A stretch of DNA of 64,000 nt from Mytilus californianus (lineage: Eukaryota): contig NW_026262690.1 of assembly GCF_021869535.1 (NCBI RefSeq), positions 61,876,001 through 61,940,000 of the forward strand, given 5' to 3'. Below the pieces are notes generated by a model. It searched no databases and was not told where the DNA came from. It saw only the letters and a program-made list of their open reading frames with translations. Shown here piece after piece: positions 12,081 through 26,057 of the stretch. Numbering within the stretch: the first letter of the stretch is position 1; each line of letters opens with the position of its first letter. The position numbers were made by a program, and so were the translations under genes.

Positions 12081-14882
12081 TAATTGTATTCTTTCTGCAA
12101 AAAGTATGAGATTTCTTGTCTAGTTACATATTTCAATTATAAAATTGACACTAAACGTACCCGGAGAAATACAAGAAGAGAGAAAATAACCATGATAAAT
12201 TTCTATGGTTTTGTCAATAAATCGATTTTTACTAATCATTTCAATATCCTGTTCAGTTTAAGAAGAAACATTTGAATATCACAAGTCCCTAAATTGTGCT
12301 TAATTAGCTTTCTAAAAGATATTAGAATTCCTTTGTTGTTTTCCTGGGAAAAGATTTATAACTTATTCATATTAAGTTTACCATACCTTTTTCTGGTATC
12401 ACGGCTATTAAAATGTCGTTAGTCCCAGGTAAAGGCAATATCCATCTTTAGAAACACCGTTCAATTCAGAATCTTTGCAAGTAAATTGTCACTTGTATAA
12501 TTAATGAACAGATTTCACAAATTTCTGAAACATCTCAGAATGGCAACGAAATATAACAATAAATGTACTTTATGATTGATGTTGAGGAAATTGAAAGAAC
12601 GTAAAATAATTTCATAACTATGATAAGAAAAATGTTATTTAGTTATGTAAAGTTTCCACCAACTCTATATTTAAGTCCTCTTATTCAACAATTATACTCT
12701 ATAAGAATTATATTCTATAAGAATACAGAATGGATTTAAACAGTTATCCGGATACCTAAATCAAAGGACAACATAAACGTTTGTTATTTTTTAAAATTTT
12801 ATCTCCTTTCTACAACAAACACGCATGGATCATTTTTCAATTAAGAAAATATGTGAAATCACGAAACTGTATTAGTTCTTGAAAGTCAAAAGGCAACATT
12901 ATAATTGCTATATATAGACAAGAGTCAAATTTAAACTTAACCTTCTATCATAATTAATTATATGCCATGGTGGAAACTTTTCAATATAAAGTATCTTAAT
13001 ATATAGACAATACCATAAAAAAATGAAATAGTCGAAAACCAACACAAGTTAACCAAAACAGATCCGTAGCCATACAGTTGTCAACATTGGACCGGCTCAT
13101 TTGTGGCAATTTGTAAGTAAGAACGATTTTCGGTACTGTCTATAAGTCGCATTTCCATAACTTCGATTTTCAATATTGATCAAGTTTTCCGAAACTTACT
13201 TTAGTGCACACGATTCATACTCTTATATCAAATTTCAAACCATGATAAATGCGTATAAAACAAAGAGCATGAAAAAGTTAAAAACAGATGGCTCCAAAGT
13301 TTAAATCTTCGTGTCTATATACTCAAACCTGGTTACTATCATTCATATTTATTATCGAAAGTTGAGATATCTTTGGAAATATTTTCATTTTATTGTATGA
13401 CAAAATCGTATGCTACACACTTTATATGTGTCGAATTGTTCGTGAGAAGAAATATTTTCGTTCCTCATGTTTCAATTTTCCCTCAACACGTATATCAATG
13501 AGAGTACCTTATGTAGTTTATCAGTACTAGCACTTCCTAGTAAATTAATTTAATATGTATAACTGTCATACATCTAAAACTTAAATAGAAGTAATGTAAT
13601 CAGACTGAATATAATATGTGACCATACTAACTATAATAGTCCAAGAATCAATATATGTCATTATCATCTCATGCTTCTTTTTGTTACTTTAGAAGCGATT
13701 TCTTTCAAGACTCATGCTGGTCTTGTGCAATTTTGCGACTATAAGTGTTTAAAACACTTTATAAATGCAATCTTATCATCTCGTGGGAAATCGTTCCCCT
13801 TTAAAACTTTTTAAGATATCAGTTTTCGTCCTTTAAATTGTTGATTTTAAAGCTTTGATTTTAATAAAGCTGTCATGGTATAGCTAGGAAATCTAAGACA
13901 TAAATGAAGCCACACGACTCCCACTGCTATGATTTTGATTCTATGGTGGACTTAATGGCTCAGTTCTATCATATCGGATGTTAATATCTTTAAGGCAAAA
14001 ATACATTTTTATTTAAAATCGTTTATGACTATCTGTATTAAATTGTCATACATTCAGGTTCACGTAATGACATACTAAAACGTCTTCATGAGTTAATTGT
14101 AAAAAAGCATCATTGACAGATTGTGAATTTTCATTTTTCTCTTAGATTTTAGAACAACTTAATTTATTTTTTACCACTGCTTTATATTATGCAGAATGTG
14201 AGATGGTCTTTTACAAGCGAAAGTTTGATTTTTTTCAAAGCTGTACACGGCTTTTTTTTTTATTATTCATTGTCAATTATCATTAAAATATCCATGGTAT
14301 ATGCTAGATTTTCTCATTTTCCTCCAGATTTGTTCTGACTTTACTGTTCAGTCATTTTTAAAAACAAATATTTGGAACTATTTTCAAATTTTATTGGCTT
14401 TCCTATCGAAATTTTGTCTATGAGATGAAGGTTATTTTTGAAAATAGATAAGCGATGATGTATGATATTCAAGTATTTCATCTGAAGGTAAATTGTTACA
14501 TGAAGGTTTCATCTTTTTCCTTTTTTGGGGGAGTCATGGTATTTGGTTTTTTTCGACATATTTAGTTTTTATTTGCCTCCTTGCTGTCCTCTCCTTGTTG
14601 TTAAAATCTGTATTCATTTTGATAACACAAATATCCATTTTTGAAAAATTATATTTTCACTAAATACTGGTTCGAATTCTGTGTGACAACGTAAAGGTTT
14701 CGTTTCACACTATAACCCTTCTGAAGTTTGATTTAGAGAACTATAATAGAATCTTGCTAAAATGCTATCATCGGTATAAAATTATATTTAGTTATAATAT
14801 TTATAATCTCCACATATTTGCATAATTTTGATTTGAACGCTGAAACGCAAGTAAAATGCCTGGACAGAATCAAATAAATGTA

Positions 14883-15230
14883 TGATTGGTTGACTGTTGT
14901 TTACTTTACATCCAGTTGCAAATAGTTCATGCATGTTCAGGGCGAGAACAAATTAACAAAGAATACAATAGGTAGGATCTGCAAGTTAGGGGTCGATCGT
15001 TATGTTTGGCGGGACTGCAAATGGAACATGAGGGTATGTTGGATAAGGACATAAATTTTGCCTTGCAGCAGGCCACCTAAGGAAACCGCGTTGAGTAGTT
15101 GCAAGGTTTTTTCACATGCAAAGAGCGTGGCACCCTTTCTACACGAGGCATCAGATTTAACGCCCCCGTTCCGACCAGACGTGGCTGCGTATTGATACAT
15201 CCCGTATAGCCAAACAGACACATCCGGTCC
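14883..15230 (-). mobile_element. SINE-like element with (CAAT)n-type tail
   Basis: Tail motif (CCTGAAxATGCATGAAATATTTGCCACTGGAxGTTAA...CAATCAATC on the sense strand) is shared with 31078-31135(-), 41237-41305(+) and 50484-50538(+). The body is shared with 51975-52075. SINE assignment is inference. Confidence 0.55.
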
Positions 15231-17574
15231 TGCTTCTTTTAGAGTCCATGCGATTCCCTCTGTTTTTTGTTTGCTACCTTGATTTGTATCTTCTTTATAG
15301 ATTTATAAAATTATAACTGGCATTAGTAAACCACTGTTGTCGAAATTTAGAGAGGATTTTATTGCCGAAACGGGAAAAGTACAAGGGGTGACCATATTTC
15401 TATACCCCAGTCAATCTTTTGGGTTTGATACATGTACATGTACCCATTGGTGTTTCAAACTTAGTATGAGAGTTTAGTTTCCTTTAACAAATGTTGCTAT
15501 TTTTCATTTACATTATATCAATGCAGTGTTACTTTAATATCTTATCTTTCCAATCAAAATGATCATATCTGAATTATATTTGATTTCTATACCATGCTTT
15601 TAATATTTGAAAAAATAATTTCAAATTTCATCGGATTCCCTGTAACTTTTATTGTTAAATGTATATACAACATAATGTTCATCCATCTTAATTATTAAAT
15701 TCAATTAATGCTATAGTATAACAATATGCTATCGTCTGTTAATTTAAAGATTGAGAAATTGATTTGTTCTCAGAAACAATATTCTACCTTCCGGAGTGAA
15801 AACAGTGCGATTATAATGACAACATGATGGTCAATTTATATATTATAAATAAGAAAATTAATTTACTCTTCGTACTTTATGATTTTGTCTGACAATCCTC
15901 GTTTATAACAAGTAATATTATTTATAATACAAAAGCAATCCAACAAAACATTATTGGATACCCATTTTAGACAAACCCGTAATTCCTATTACTGTTTTGA
16001 TATCTTACCCTATTAATTATGAAAGATGCTTTTAGTTTGATTGCTAACCTAATAGATTTATTCTTTTACGCTCTCTAAGGGGTAGAATTATTCAATTATG
16101 ATAGTAAACTGATAGTGGAAACGATGTGTCTTTTCAGCTTTGGAGACAGTTATTATTTCTCAGGACTACGTGGTATGATAGGATGTGATAGATTAATAAT
16201 TACACATGTCAACGTCTTTATATTCGTTATTGATTCTATACCAAGATGTATTAATATGTTCCATGAGAGAAATCAAGTAATCATGAATCTAGTATACCTA
16301 TCATGTCTGCAACAACTCTCAATTGTCTGAAAATAAACAGATATTTCTTGACCAATCAAAATAATGCGATTTGGGACTGTGTGTAAGTTATTCAGTTTTG
16401 AGTTGTATCGGGTGATTTATTATGAATTAATGGAGATTTCGTCAACGAGACAGCAATAAAAATCATATTAACCAAAACAGACATTGGATATCTAGAAGTC
16501 CCTACAAAAATATGTGTAGAAAGCCCAACGCTGTATGGTAACCTCTAACCGTCAAATGTCTAGACAAGGTGTGACGAAATTCGAAAAGGACGACCCAGAC
16601 ATAAGACCAATACTAAGTTTTTAATTAACATAAACATGAAGAAATGGTTTTCATCCATTTACATTTACGAGATTCCTAATTTTTGAAAGTACATGAACAT
16701 GTGGCAAAATTCAACTAATCTTGTGAGTACTCAATGTTTACTCGACTCTTAAAACTAGTTGCTTTCTTTAAAAAAAGAAAAGCAATACGTGAACCCAAGA
16801 CCGCTAACTGGTCACCAAAAAATTGTTGCTAAATTTTTGTTTGTTTTTGAATTGAAATAATTGACTGTGAATAGAATAAGATAATGATGATGTTAAAACA
16901 CCTTTATTAAAAATATGCAATTGTGTGTAGATTCTTGCACAAGTCAGTTGAAATCAATGTTGGATAGTTATGAATTGAAAAGTATATATACAGCTTCTAT
17001 TTGAATATACATTTTAAAGCTCGACTATTTTATTTATTACTTGAGAATGTACATCGTTTTTTCGTAACCCTTTTGAAATCCCAGTTTTTACAAACCGGAT
17101 GTCTAATTCAAATTGCACAAACCAATCGCAATATAGATTTAAGCACTCAGTTTGCTTAATATTCTGGATGCATTTATTTCATCTATCATATCTTCATATT
17201 TTGTTTCCGGCATGGATGCCTTCTATTATTTTCAACTCGTTATTGAAGCTGTCTGTACTCATGGTAGATGTTGTATAGATACATTTAAAGTCCAATTTCA
17301 ATGTGAAGTGAAACCTTGTGGCATGCAACTTATACAAGAAGGTTTCGTATATTTTTCTTCAGAGTAACACACCAGCTCATTGTGACCTCTTATATAGAGA
17401 CTTATTTTGGTCTCATAAAACATCTCAAAATCTAAGGACTTCCTGATTTTACTTAAATCAATCCAAATATTCTACAGGAAAACTTGGTTTTGAAAAATAT
17501 CTAATTTTCAGAAGTTTTATGAATACCTGAACATACTCTCAAAAGAACCAATTTATATAAAAAGATATGTAGAT

Positions 17575-17750
17575 ATACAAAGATACCAGGATTACAATGT
17601 TGTACGCCAGACGCGAGTTAAGTCTACAAAGAATCAACAGTGACGCTCGAATTAAAAAAAAGTTAAAAAGGACAAATAAAGTACGAAGTTAAGTAATCCA
17701 TTCCTTAGGTAGAAAATCCTTAGCTTTTCGAAAATGTCAAAGTTTATAAT
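17575..17750 (-). mobile_element. Family 1 hammerhead element, decayed (ribozyme relic 17604-17646)
   Basis: Reverse complement reads GCGTCA-CTGTTGA-TTCT-TTGT-AGAC-TTAAC-TCGC-GTC-TGGCGT. Flanks match 5600-5810. Confidence 0.65.
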
Positions 17751-18499
17751 AGGACAGGGACTCAAAAAAAGAGAAACAGCTAGAGGTCAGAATACCATAA
17801 GTAATGATAACCGTGCTTAAAAATCACATGTCAAGCTCTTACTGCCGTGTCCTGAATTCTAGATTAGAAAAGCGAAAATTCGCATTTACGAGTGAAATTA
17901 ATATTTATGCATGCACGTGGTATTTTTGCGCAAGAAATAGTAAACAGACATCATACGCACTGATACTTTGGATAAGAATACGCATTTGTACCATAGTACA
18001 CATATTTAGATGCGATAAGGTTGAACTTTTAAAACAAACAAACAAAAATAGAATTACATACCTGTTAGTGAATTTTTTTCCGAAAATCTAGAATATTATT
18101 TTATAATATCAATAAACACAAACGTCAAGTATTTACGGATGGGCATTTTATTTATCAAATCAATCTGTTTTTAAAGTCTAACATTCCACTACATGAATAT
18201 ATTGCTATACAAAATATAAACAGACTTATAAATCCATTTTCAAACAGTATAAAATAATTAACACTATGATAGCAATTAAATTTTGTCATGATTATTGAAA
18301 AATATTAATTACGTTTTTGTGACATGCAAGGATTTAATGTCCTTGTGAATTGAAACCATGCAAGTATTTTTTAATTCGCGACCGTTTAAAATTTAGATAC
18401 TTAGCTAATTTTGGGTACGCATCCCTGCTCATTGGTGCTTATTTTCATAAATGTAATGACTGTTAAAACCTGTGAGACATAATGCACGTATATATGACA

Positions 18500-18996
18500 A
18501 TTTTAATTATTATACTTCATGTCAAAATGCCAGATTTTGATTGGCTAATACGAGGGTGTTAATTTACTCTATTACCCTTCATGGAGACGCTTGATCAAGT
18601 GTGCGCTTTATTAAATACGACTCTAACCTATGGCAAATACTCTATTATCCTTCACGGAGACGCTTGATCAAGTGTGCGCTTTATTAAATACGACTCTATC
18701 CTATGGCAAATACTCTATTACCCTTCACGGAGACGCTTGATCAAGTGTGCGCTTTATTAAATACGGATGGTTTTTTATGTACAAGACGCCATAGTTTATT
18801 ACTTAGAATTTGAAATTTAATCGACAGTTATAACAGAACATTCAGTATAATAAATTAAATAACACATATCTTAGAGGGTGATAGAGCAGATTGTTACCCC
18901 TCGAAAAGACATTGTCAACCTTGGCTTCGCCTCAGTTGACAATGTTTTCTCGGGGTAACAATCTGCTCTATCACCCTCTCAGCTATGTGTTATTTA
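18500..18996. mobile_element. Long-palindrome non-autonomous element with internal 73-bp tandem repeats
   Basis: Hairpin 18856-18996 with GGCTTCGCC tip; TGATTGG at 18538-18544. Confidence 0.7.
18565..18765 (+). repeat. 73-bp tandem repeat, about 2.75 copies
   Basis: Units start at 18565, 18638 and 18711 and are nearly identical. Confidence 0.95.
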
Positions 18997-19959
18997 TATA
19001 CTATTCTATTATAAGAATAAATTCAGTCTCAGTTTAAACTTAATAATGAATATTCTCTTATAGTCTTGAAGTATCTATAAATGAAATTTGATATTTTTGA
19101 CACAAAAGTCCTTTTGTATGCTTATCTTTCTGCTTTACGACCACTGTGTTTCCGACCTAAGATAAATTTCGTTTTCTTAATTTTCTTCATGCTTTCCGCT
19201 ATTTTCCCGTGCTATGATTGAAATACATAATATCAAATGATAAACGTTCAGAAATAATCAGTTAATTCTGGGTCATTATATATTAATAAACTATTCCCAG
19301 ATTTGTCGTGATGCACAACAGCACGCTGTATTAAATACTACACACACACAACGCGTTCAGGGGCCGTCTCAAAGCATGAATTATATAATTGCGTTATCAT
19401 TTTACTTGACATTTAATAAACATTCACAATTTATTAAAAAGCAAATAGGTTGTAACGTATAAATGGTTTTTTGACTGCAACCTAGTCTTTATTGTTTTAC
19501 CTTCCAATCTACAAATGAACTTTGATTGTTGAAATATACCATGTCACGTGGTAGCATATCCATAGAGGGACCGTATCAAAGACATAAATAGATATCTGTA
19601 TAAATGATCGAAAATTTTCGAGACGTTCCGAAAATCTTGATTCCGAGGATATCGAGTGGCTCATAGACACTTCCAAAACTCGCCAATATATAAGCGTGAA
19701 CCCCTCAGCCTGAGGGGTTCGCGCAAAAAAAAAAGACAAAAAACAAAAATAATCAATAGAAGAATTCAAGATGCAATTAAGTATGTACATTTAATGAAAA
19801 CCATAAGTAGTACCTCATTCAATCATTTCAGTATGACAGCATATAAAACACAACGAAATAAAAACAATGCTATATAAAACCGAATCAGGGAATGCTCGCA
19901 GTTGTTTAAACAAGCTCAAAGTTCTAAGTCATTATTATGAAAACTTGCTTTCTAATATT

Positions 19960-20720
19960 ATAAGAATAAGGTGTGATATGATTGCCGATGAGACAATTAT
20001 CCACCAAATGACGTGGATGTATGCAACAATAGGTTACCGTTTGACCTTCACTATGATTAAGTAGCAAACACATATAGCGTATTATCACACAAAATAGGAA
20101 CAGACATGCCAAAATTTTAAACAATTCAAACAAGAAAACCAAAGGCCTGATTTACTACAAAACAATTATCAAAAAATAAACAAATATGAGAGACAGCAAC
20201 CAACGACAACCACTGAATTACAGGCTCGGTACTTGGATACGACACATGCAGAATGATACAGGTTAAACATGACTGTGAGCATTCAACCCTTTCCTATCCG
20301 GTGACAGTATTGTAACAGCACAACGTAAGAACAAACAGTAAATCTCAGTTGGAAATATCTTGATTCATCAGATTGGCACGAAGCACAAAAACAACTTACA
20401 TAAAGACAAAAGTGACAGAGTTCCGATCTAAGAGTACTCGCAGTTCCTGAATGCTAGTTCAAACCAGTATAATAATAGACGATTTGGTATGATTGCCAAT
20501 GAGCCAACTCTCCATAAGAGTCAGATGACTCGGATGTAATAAACTATAGGTCTTTTAACACTGAGCAAAATCCATACCGTATAGTCATTTATAAAAAGCA
20601 CCGACATAACAAAATGTGAAACAATTCAAACAAGAAAACCATCAACCTGATTTATGATAAAACAATAAACGAAAAACCAATATGACAGACAGCAACCAAC
20701 GACAACCACTAAATTACGCT
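19960..20720 (+). repeat. Two tandem diverged family A-like copies
   Basis: ATGATTGCCxATGAG...ACAATTCAAACAAGAAAACC...GCAACCAACGACAACCACT occurs at about 19975-20220 and 20490-20715. Confidence 0.75.
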
Positions 20721-21891
20721 GCTTCTGATTTGGTGAAAAAAAACTTGCTGACAAAAAAAAAAAAACTTATAAGAGAAGTTTTTAATAAGTATCACAAGAA
20801 ATATATTGAAATGAGTATGTGAGATGGAAAAAAAAATATTGGTACTTTTTTAGTAATTTGACTTTTTTTCTGTTTTCTGTTTTATATATTTTGAATTACT
20901 TTTTCTGTTATAAAATCCAGTTTTTGTCCACTGTACTTCTTTGAAACTTTCGTAATTCAACGTCATAAATACATGTAAAATGACGGCGTGGAATAGATTT
21001 GACTTAAAAGTATTCTTTTCAAGTATTGGAAATTTACCTCTTTATCTATAAAAGCTACTACACTGTGATTTCATTATGAGTGTTCCTCTACACCATATGT
21101 AGTTCATTGAAAATTCTAACCAAATTACATCTTATTGTTTAACTGGTCAGAAATTTTACCAAACTGCTGTGTTTACTTATAAGCAGCATGATAGTATCAA
21201 TGAAGTGGACTTTTTCTCACATTGATGACTTAATTCTGGTTATGACAGGACATAGCTACGTATTTAATCATCCTGCACACACAGACGACCCCAAACTCTT
21301 TTCAGCATGTGTCTAACTGCTAGACTAGATGACCGGGTCTTACTGGTCATAGACCACAATTGATTTCCCCTTTATATTTGTTCTTTATAACGTTTTGTCA
21401 CATTATAAAATCCCACCAGCAGTTTCTGTAAAATCTTTGGTGTGTGAATTGTTCAGTACCAGTCCAAAAATATATCCAAAATGACATAAAGCCAATACAC
21501 ATTCCTACTGGTATGGACAAGTCAAGAGATGCTCCGAAAACTGTAAATATAACATTTCTGCACCTGGTCTATTCACCCATAAAAACTTAGAAATTAACGA
21601 GCAAAGGAAAAAAACAAACTAAGAAAAAATACACTATGATAAAAGGGAACTATAATAAAAAAATATGGGTCTTTAATTGTAGTCAGGCCTACTTCCAGGC
21701 TCAATGGATGGGTCTTGCTGCAGTGCTAGGTGACCATATGTCTATAGCATAGTCAACCGCTGGGATTGCTCTAATGAATAAGCATGTTGGACCCAAGTCA
21801 ATCTTTGGGATTGTATTAATTAATCAGCAGTGTTAATCTGTTATTCTTTGTATACTGTCCGTATCTGATTTAAAAAAGTAGAAAGGTATTT

Positions 21892-22267
21892 NNNNNNNNN
21901 NNNNNNNNNNNNNNNNNNNNNNNNNNNNNNNNNNNNNNNNNNNNNNNNNNNNNNNNNNNNNNNNNNNNNNNNNNNNNNNNNNNNNNNNNNNNNNNNNNNN
22001 NNNNNNNNNNNNNNNNNNNNNNNNNNNNNNNNNNNNNNNNNNNNNNNNNNNNNNNNNNNNNNNNNNNNNNNNNNNNNNNNNNNNNNNNNNNNNNNNNNNN
22101 NNNNNNNNNNNNNNNNNNNNNNNNNNNNNNNNNNNNNNNNNNNNNNNNNNNNNNNNNNNNNNNNNNNNNNNNNNNNNNNNNNNNNNNNNNNNNNNNNNNN
22201 NNNNNNNNNNNNNNNNNNNNNNNNNNNNNNNNNNNNNNNNNNNNNNNNNNNNNNNNNNNNNNNNNNN
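21892..22267. other. Assembly gap (376 N)
   Basis: Run of N. Confidence 1.
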
Positions 22268-22455
22268 CTTCATTCAAATCAGAATTTATCAATAACTCCT
22301 ATAGTGAGCTCTTTTAAGACTTAGACGTCATTGGAAAGCACGTCCATATCGAACTAAAGTGAGATATTTAAAAACTTGCACGGAAAATTAACAATTGTAA
22401 AAGTCATAAATTCTAATACAAAGGTTCAAAAAGGACAATGAAAATAGCACTGCGT

Positions 22456-22497
22456 GCATCCGAAGCGGTCTTCTGCATTAACCTTCATCAGGACCGC
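22456..22497 (-). ncRNA. Minimal hammerhead relic, family 2 (decayed)
   Basis: Reverse complement reads GCGGTC-CTGATGA-AGGTTAATGCA-GAAG-A-CCGC-TTC-GGATGC. The core is intact, GAAA is mutated, and helix I is partly paired. Confidence 0.5.
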
Positions 22498-23819
22498 TTA
22501 AATCTTAACAGATGAAAGCCAAGGATATATATGTAAAACACGTTAGGAGCTTTTTGATCAAAATGACATAAAAAATAACCTAATGCATCTAAAGTCAACT
22601 TTACCTGACTATGATCACTATTAACTGTTAATTTAGTAAGAGTAAGTTTCATTATTGTTTACTCTAGAAAACTTTTGATAAGCTCACAAACTACATATAT
22701 AGGATGTCTAAATATCTTTGTCGGTATGTATCTTTATTTCATTACAAGAAATTTACTTTCTAATAAAGTAATAAAACTATGTTAGGATAACGTTTCTATT
22801 TCCAATAACCATAAATTCTAAATGTGATTCACCTGGAAGGGCCAACCGATGCAATCTACTAATTTATCTGCTGCTAATGCAAGTAGCATCTTGCCGTGAA
22901 AATTCATGCTCAAGCGATAAGATTTGCAGGGTGTTTTTACATAAAGATTGTTTCATTATAAATGCGGAAGACTTTAGTTCATCGATATATATCAGCGGTA
23001 TGATTATAGTATTGCTTGCTTTTCTAATTTGTGATTCTACTAATGCATAAAAAACATTAAAGATGAATAAAAATTCTTCGCCTCCATATGAAAAAGGTCC
23101 ATCATAACAACCTAATGTCACTGAAATGTTAATGGACTAAAACATGCATGTAAAGGGAAAATGACCATTTACAATATTCATACCGTTTTACAATTTTTTG
23201 TCTTCTACAAAACATTCAATCGTTTAACAAAGGCAACGGTTGTGATGCTTTTAATTTTCAAAAATGTATAAAAACGCAGCACAGGCAAAGAAGTATAACT
23301 ATAAAACTGCTGTAGTTATTGTATTTCAAAGAATCAAAATCGCAAAGTTTACAAAATTTAAAAGGAACTTTTAAAAAACGTCCGAAAAATATAGCTTTTT
23401 TTCTACAATTCTACAAGTATCCATAAAATCAAAAAGTTGTTTGTCTTTACACATAGTTATTGAAAACAGTGTTGCTAAAATATTGAATATGACACGGTAA
23501 AATACATATCGTAAGATTTCGTGAGTGAATAGACAAAAATGTCATGAAATAATGGAATACGTGATATCATTATTGTCTTGAATTTGTTTAACCAGTCTAT
23601 ATACATGTTATTTGCAAATTTTATAGAATTTTACAGTACAGTTTTTTTTATGTTTAGAATAAGATGAATATTAAAGCTATACAATTTTTAATTATAGGGG
23701 TCCACCAATATCTGGAACTGGCATCGTTTGACATCAAAGTAAACTGTCACAACTTTGTTTCATACCGTAAAACTCAACAAAGATACAAAGCTTATAACTT
23801 GCTACGCCGGACATTTATT

Positions 23820-24155
23820 TAAGAAATGAATGCTCCTTTTTATAATTTTATTGGGGTGTAAAAGTGTTGAACGAAGCACATTTTGTATGAAGCGCAGAAG
23901 CGCTTTATTCTAAAAATGTGTGTACGATCAACACTTTTACACCTCCAAAAAAATTACAAAAAGAAGCATTCATTTCTTATAATTACATTTTTATGCTAAT
24001 AAGACTTTGAAAAAAAAAGTTTTTATCAAGTTTTTCTTGTATTTACCTGTGCACCTTTTTTGTGGAAGCACGTGTCATCACGAATGTAAGACGCGCGACT
24101 GTTGTTAGCCAATCAAACTAACGGATTCTCGTGAAATATACATGTAATGTAATTG
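23820..24155. mobile_element. Long-palindrome non-autonomous element
   Basis: Imperfect hairpin 23820-23979 with GAAGCGCAGAAGCGCTT tip; CCAATCA at 24109-24115. Confidence 0.7.
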
Positions 24156-25739
24156 TTTATTGTTGATAGTCGAGCAGTATGTCCCTTTCCTAAACTTGTG
24201 GTACTACATCCTGTCGATGCTTAAAATTAAGCATTTCTCAAGGCCATTATTTACTTTCACTCATAATTTAGTTTTCCACTAAATATGTTCGGAGCTGTAC
24301 ATATTAATCTACTAATCTAGGAAAATATGATCAATTTACAATGTATCAGCTGCAACTAGACTTTGAAGTAGTTTTCAGTAACTGTGATTACACTCAGGTC
24401 GGTACCTCTCGTCTTTGTTTATTCTATATATCTTTGTTTATACCAATCTGATGAATGAAGTCCAATTTAATTGATTGAAGCATGCTTGCCTTCTGAAAGT
24501 CGGTGTCGTTCTGTAATAGTTTTTTTCCTTATTTGTTATTATGACTCTTAAAATTATATTGTTTCTGTCGCTTTTGGATTTTTCATTTTGATATACTTGA
24601 GTCTTTGAAATATTACCTGGTCTATGCCAGCGGGCAAATACAATACAGTGACCTACAGATGTGAAGGTCTCCGGTAAAATAATATCTGGTACATCTCCAT
24701 ATTTTTATTTTTTGGTCTAGGAAAATGTTAAATCTACACATCTACTGTCGGATCCATGTAATCATAGCATGTGACAAATGCTGTCAAATGTGGTCAAAAT
24801 CCCTTAACATGTAAATGGTACTGGGCATCGTTACAAGGCATACAATGTTGAAAAGTACAACGTCCCCCAAAGAAAACATTTTAATTATGAATGGAGGATA
24901 TGTTCTACTTATATAAGCATGACCAGGAACTCAATTGAGTAGAAATAAAGATTTTGTGGTGTTCTAGCGTGCTGTTCTCGAGACGTAAATTAAATTTTAA
25001 AATTAGCATTTAATCTGATCGTTTCTGATATTGCAAGAAACATATTTGTTGACAAACGAGTCAATAATGGAAACAATTACACATTTTAATTTGATTACAA
25101 AATGGATCTTAGATTTCCATGATGATAAGGACCATATAAGATTCATTAGAAATGGTTGTACAAATAACAATATTAGTAGAAACACAATCTTCTGATTAAA
25201 AGAGAAATTATTAATGGAAATTGGAAAAATATTGGTGGAGAAATCAGAAACCGTTACAAGAATTGAAGAACAGAACCCATAGTTCATTTACAAATGCCTT
25301 TCATTAGATCTGTTATATTTGATGTAATGTTTGAAGAAAGGAAGATGTATTTGCTAGGTCTAATTGTAATATTCTTCAGTACCATACATTAGAAGGTATT
25401 ACTAGTACATAAAACAGTTGTAAGATTTATCTGACTCTGCTTGTGATAACTATTACCTGTGTATGATACATAAACAAAATTGTTACTCAACCAATATGTG
25501 TTGCTCTTGATGAAACATTTGCACTAAAACATATACACAAATATCATATATATGTTGAAATCAGATCGACGTCTTTTTCTCAAATCGAAGTCCAATATTT
25601 CGTCATAATGAAGTTCTTTGTTTGAAGTTCTCTTTCACTTTCAAATCGACGTCCATTTCTTGTCTTGTCTAATCGATGTCCCTTTTCTGCACCTGACGGA
25701 ATACCTGCACTTTTTATTTATGTATACTTAAGCTTTTTG

Positions 25740-26057
25740 TGCCTAGTTCACACGTACATTTAATTCGAATTGAATTCGAATCGAATGCGAATCGAATTCG
25801 CTAATCGCGTTCACACACTCTTCCTTTTTAATTCGAATTGATTCGAATTGGCTAATTCGCATTAACCAATTCGCATTAGAAATCCGTTTTTGTTGATACG
25901 AATTAAAAGTTAACGTCGTTCGGACAGTAAAGCAAATTTGACGCGTATTGCAATTCGAATTAGAATTAACGTTTGGACGTAAAACGATTCGAATGCGAAT
26001 TACACTAATTCGAATTATTTAATGCGAATCGAATTCGAATTACGTGTGAACGCAGCA
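25740..26057. mobile_element. MITE with GTTCACACGTA termini (PIF/Harbinger-like) filled with AATTCGAAT repeats
   Basis: Left end TGCCTAGTTCACACGTA; right end in reverse complement TGCTGCGTTCACACGTA. More than 10 internal (A)ATTCGAAT-like motifs. No exact TSD. Superfamily assignment is inference from TIR resemblance. Confidence 0.7.

Noticed and set aside
18565-18765. CRISPR-like array (also considered for 43979-48081)
   Set aside because: Units are contiguous with no unique spacers, there are no cas genes, and the context is eukaryotic.
21833-22292. ORFs of 146 and 140 aa
   Set aside because: Artefacts of the N gap.
25003-25287. 94-aa hydrophobic ORF
   Set aside because: No family motif, a stop immediately upstream, and AT-rich composition explains the hydrophobicity.
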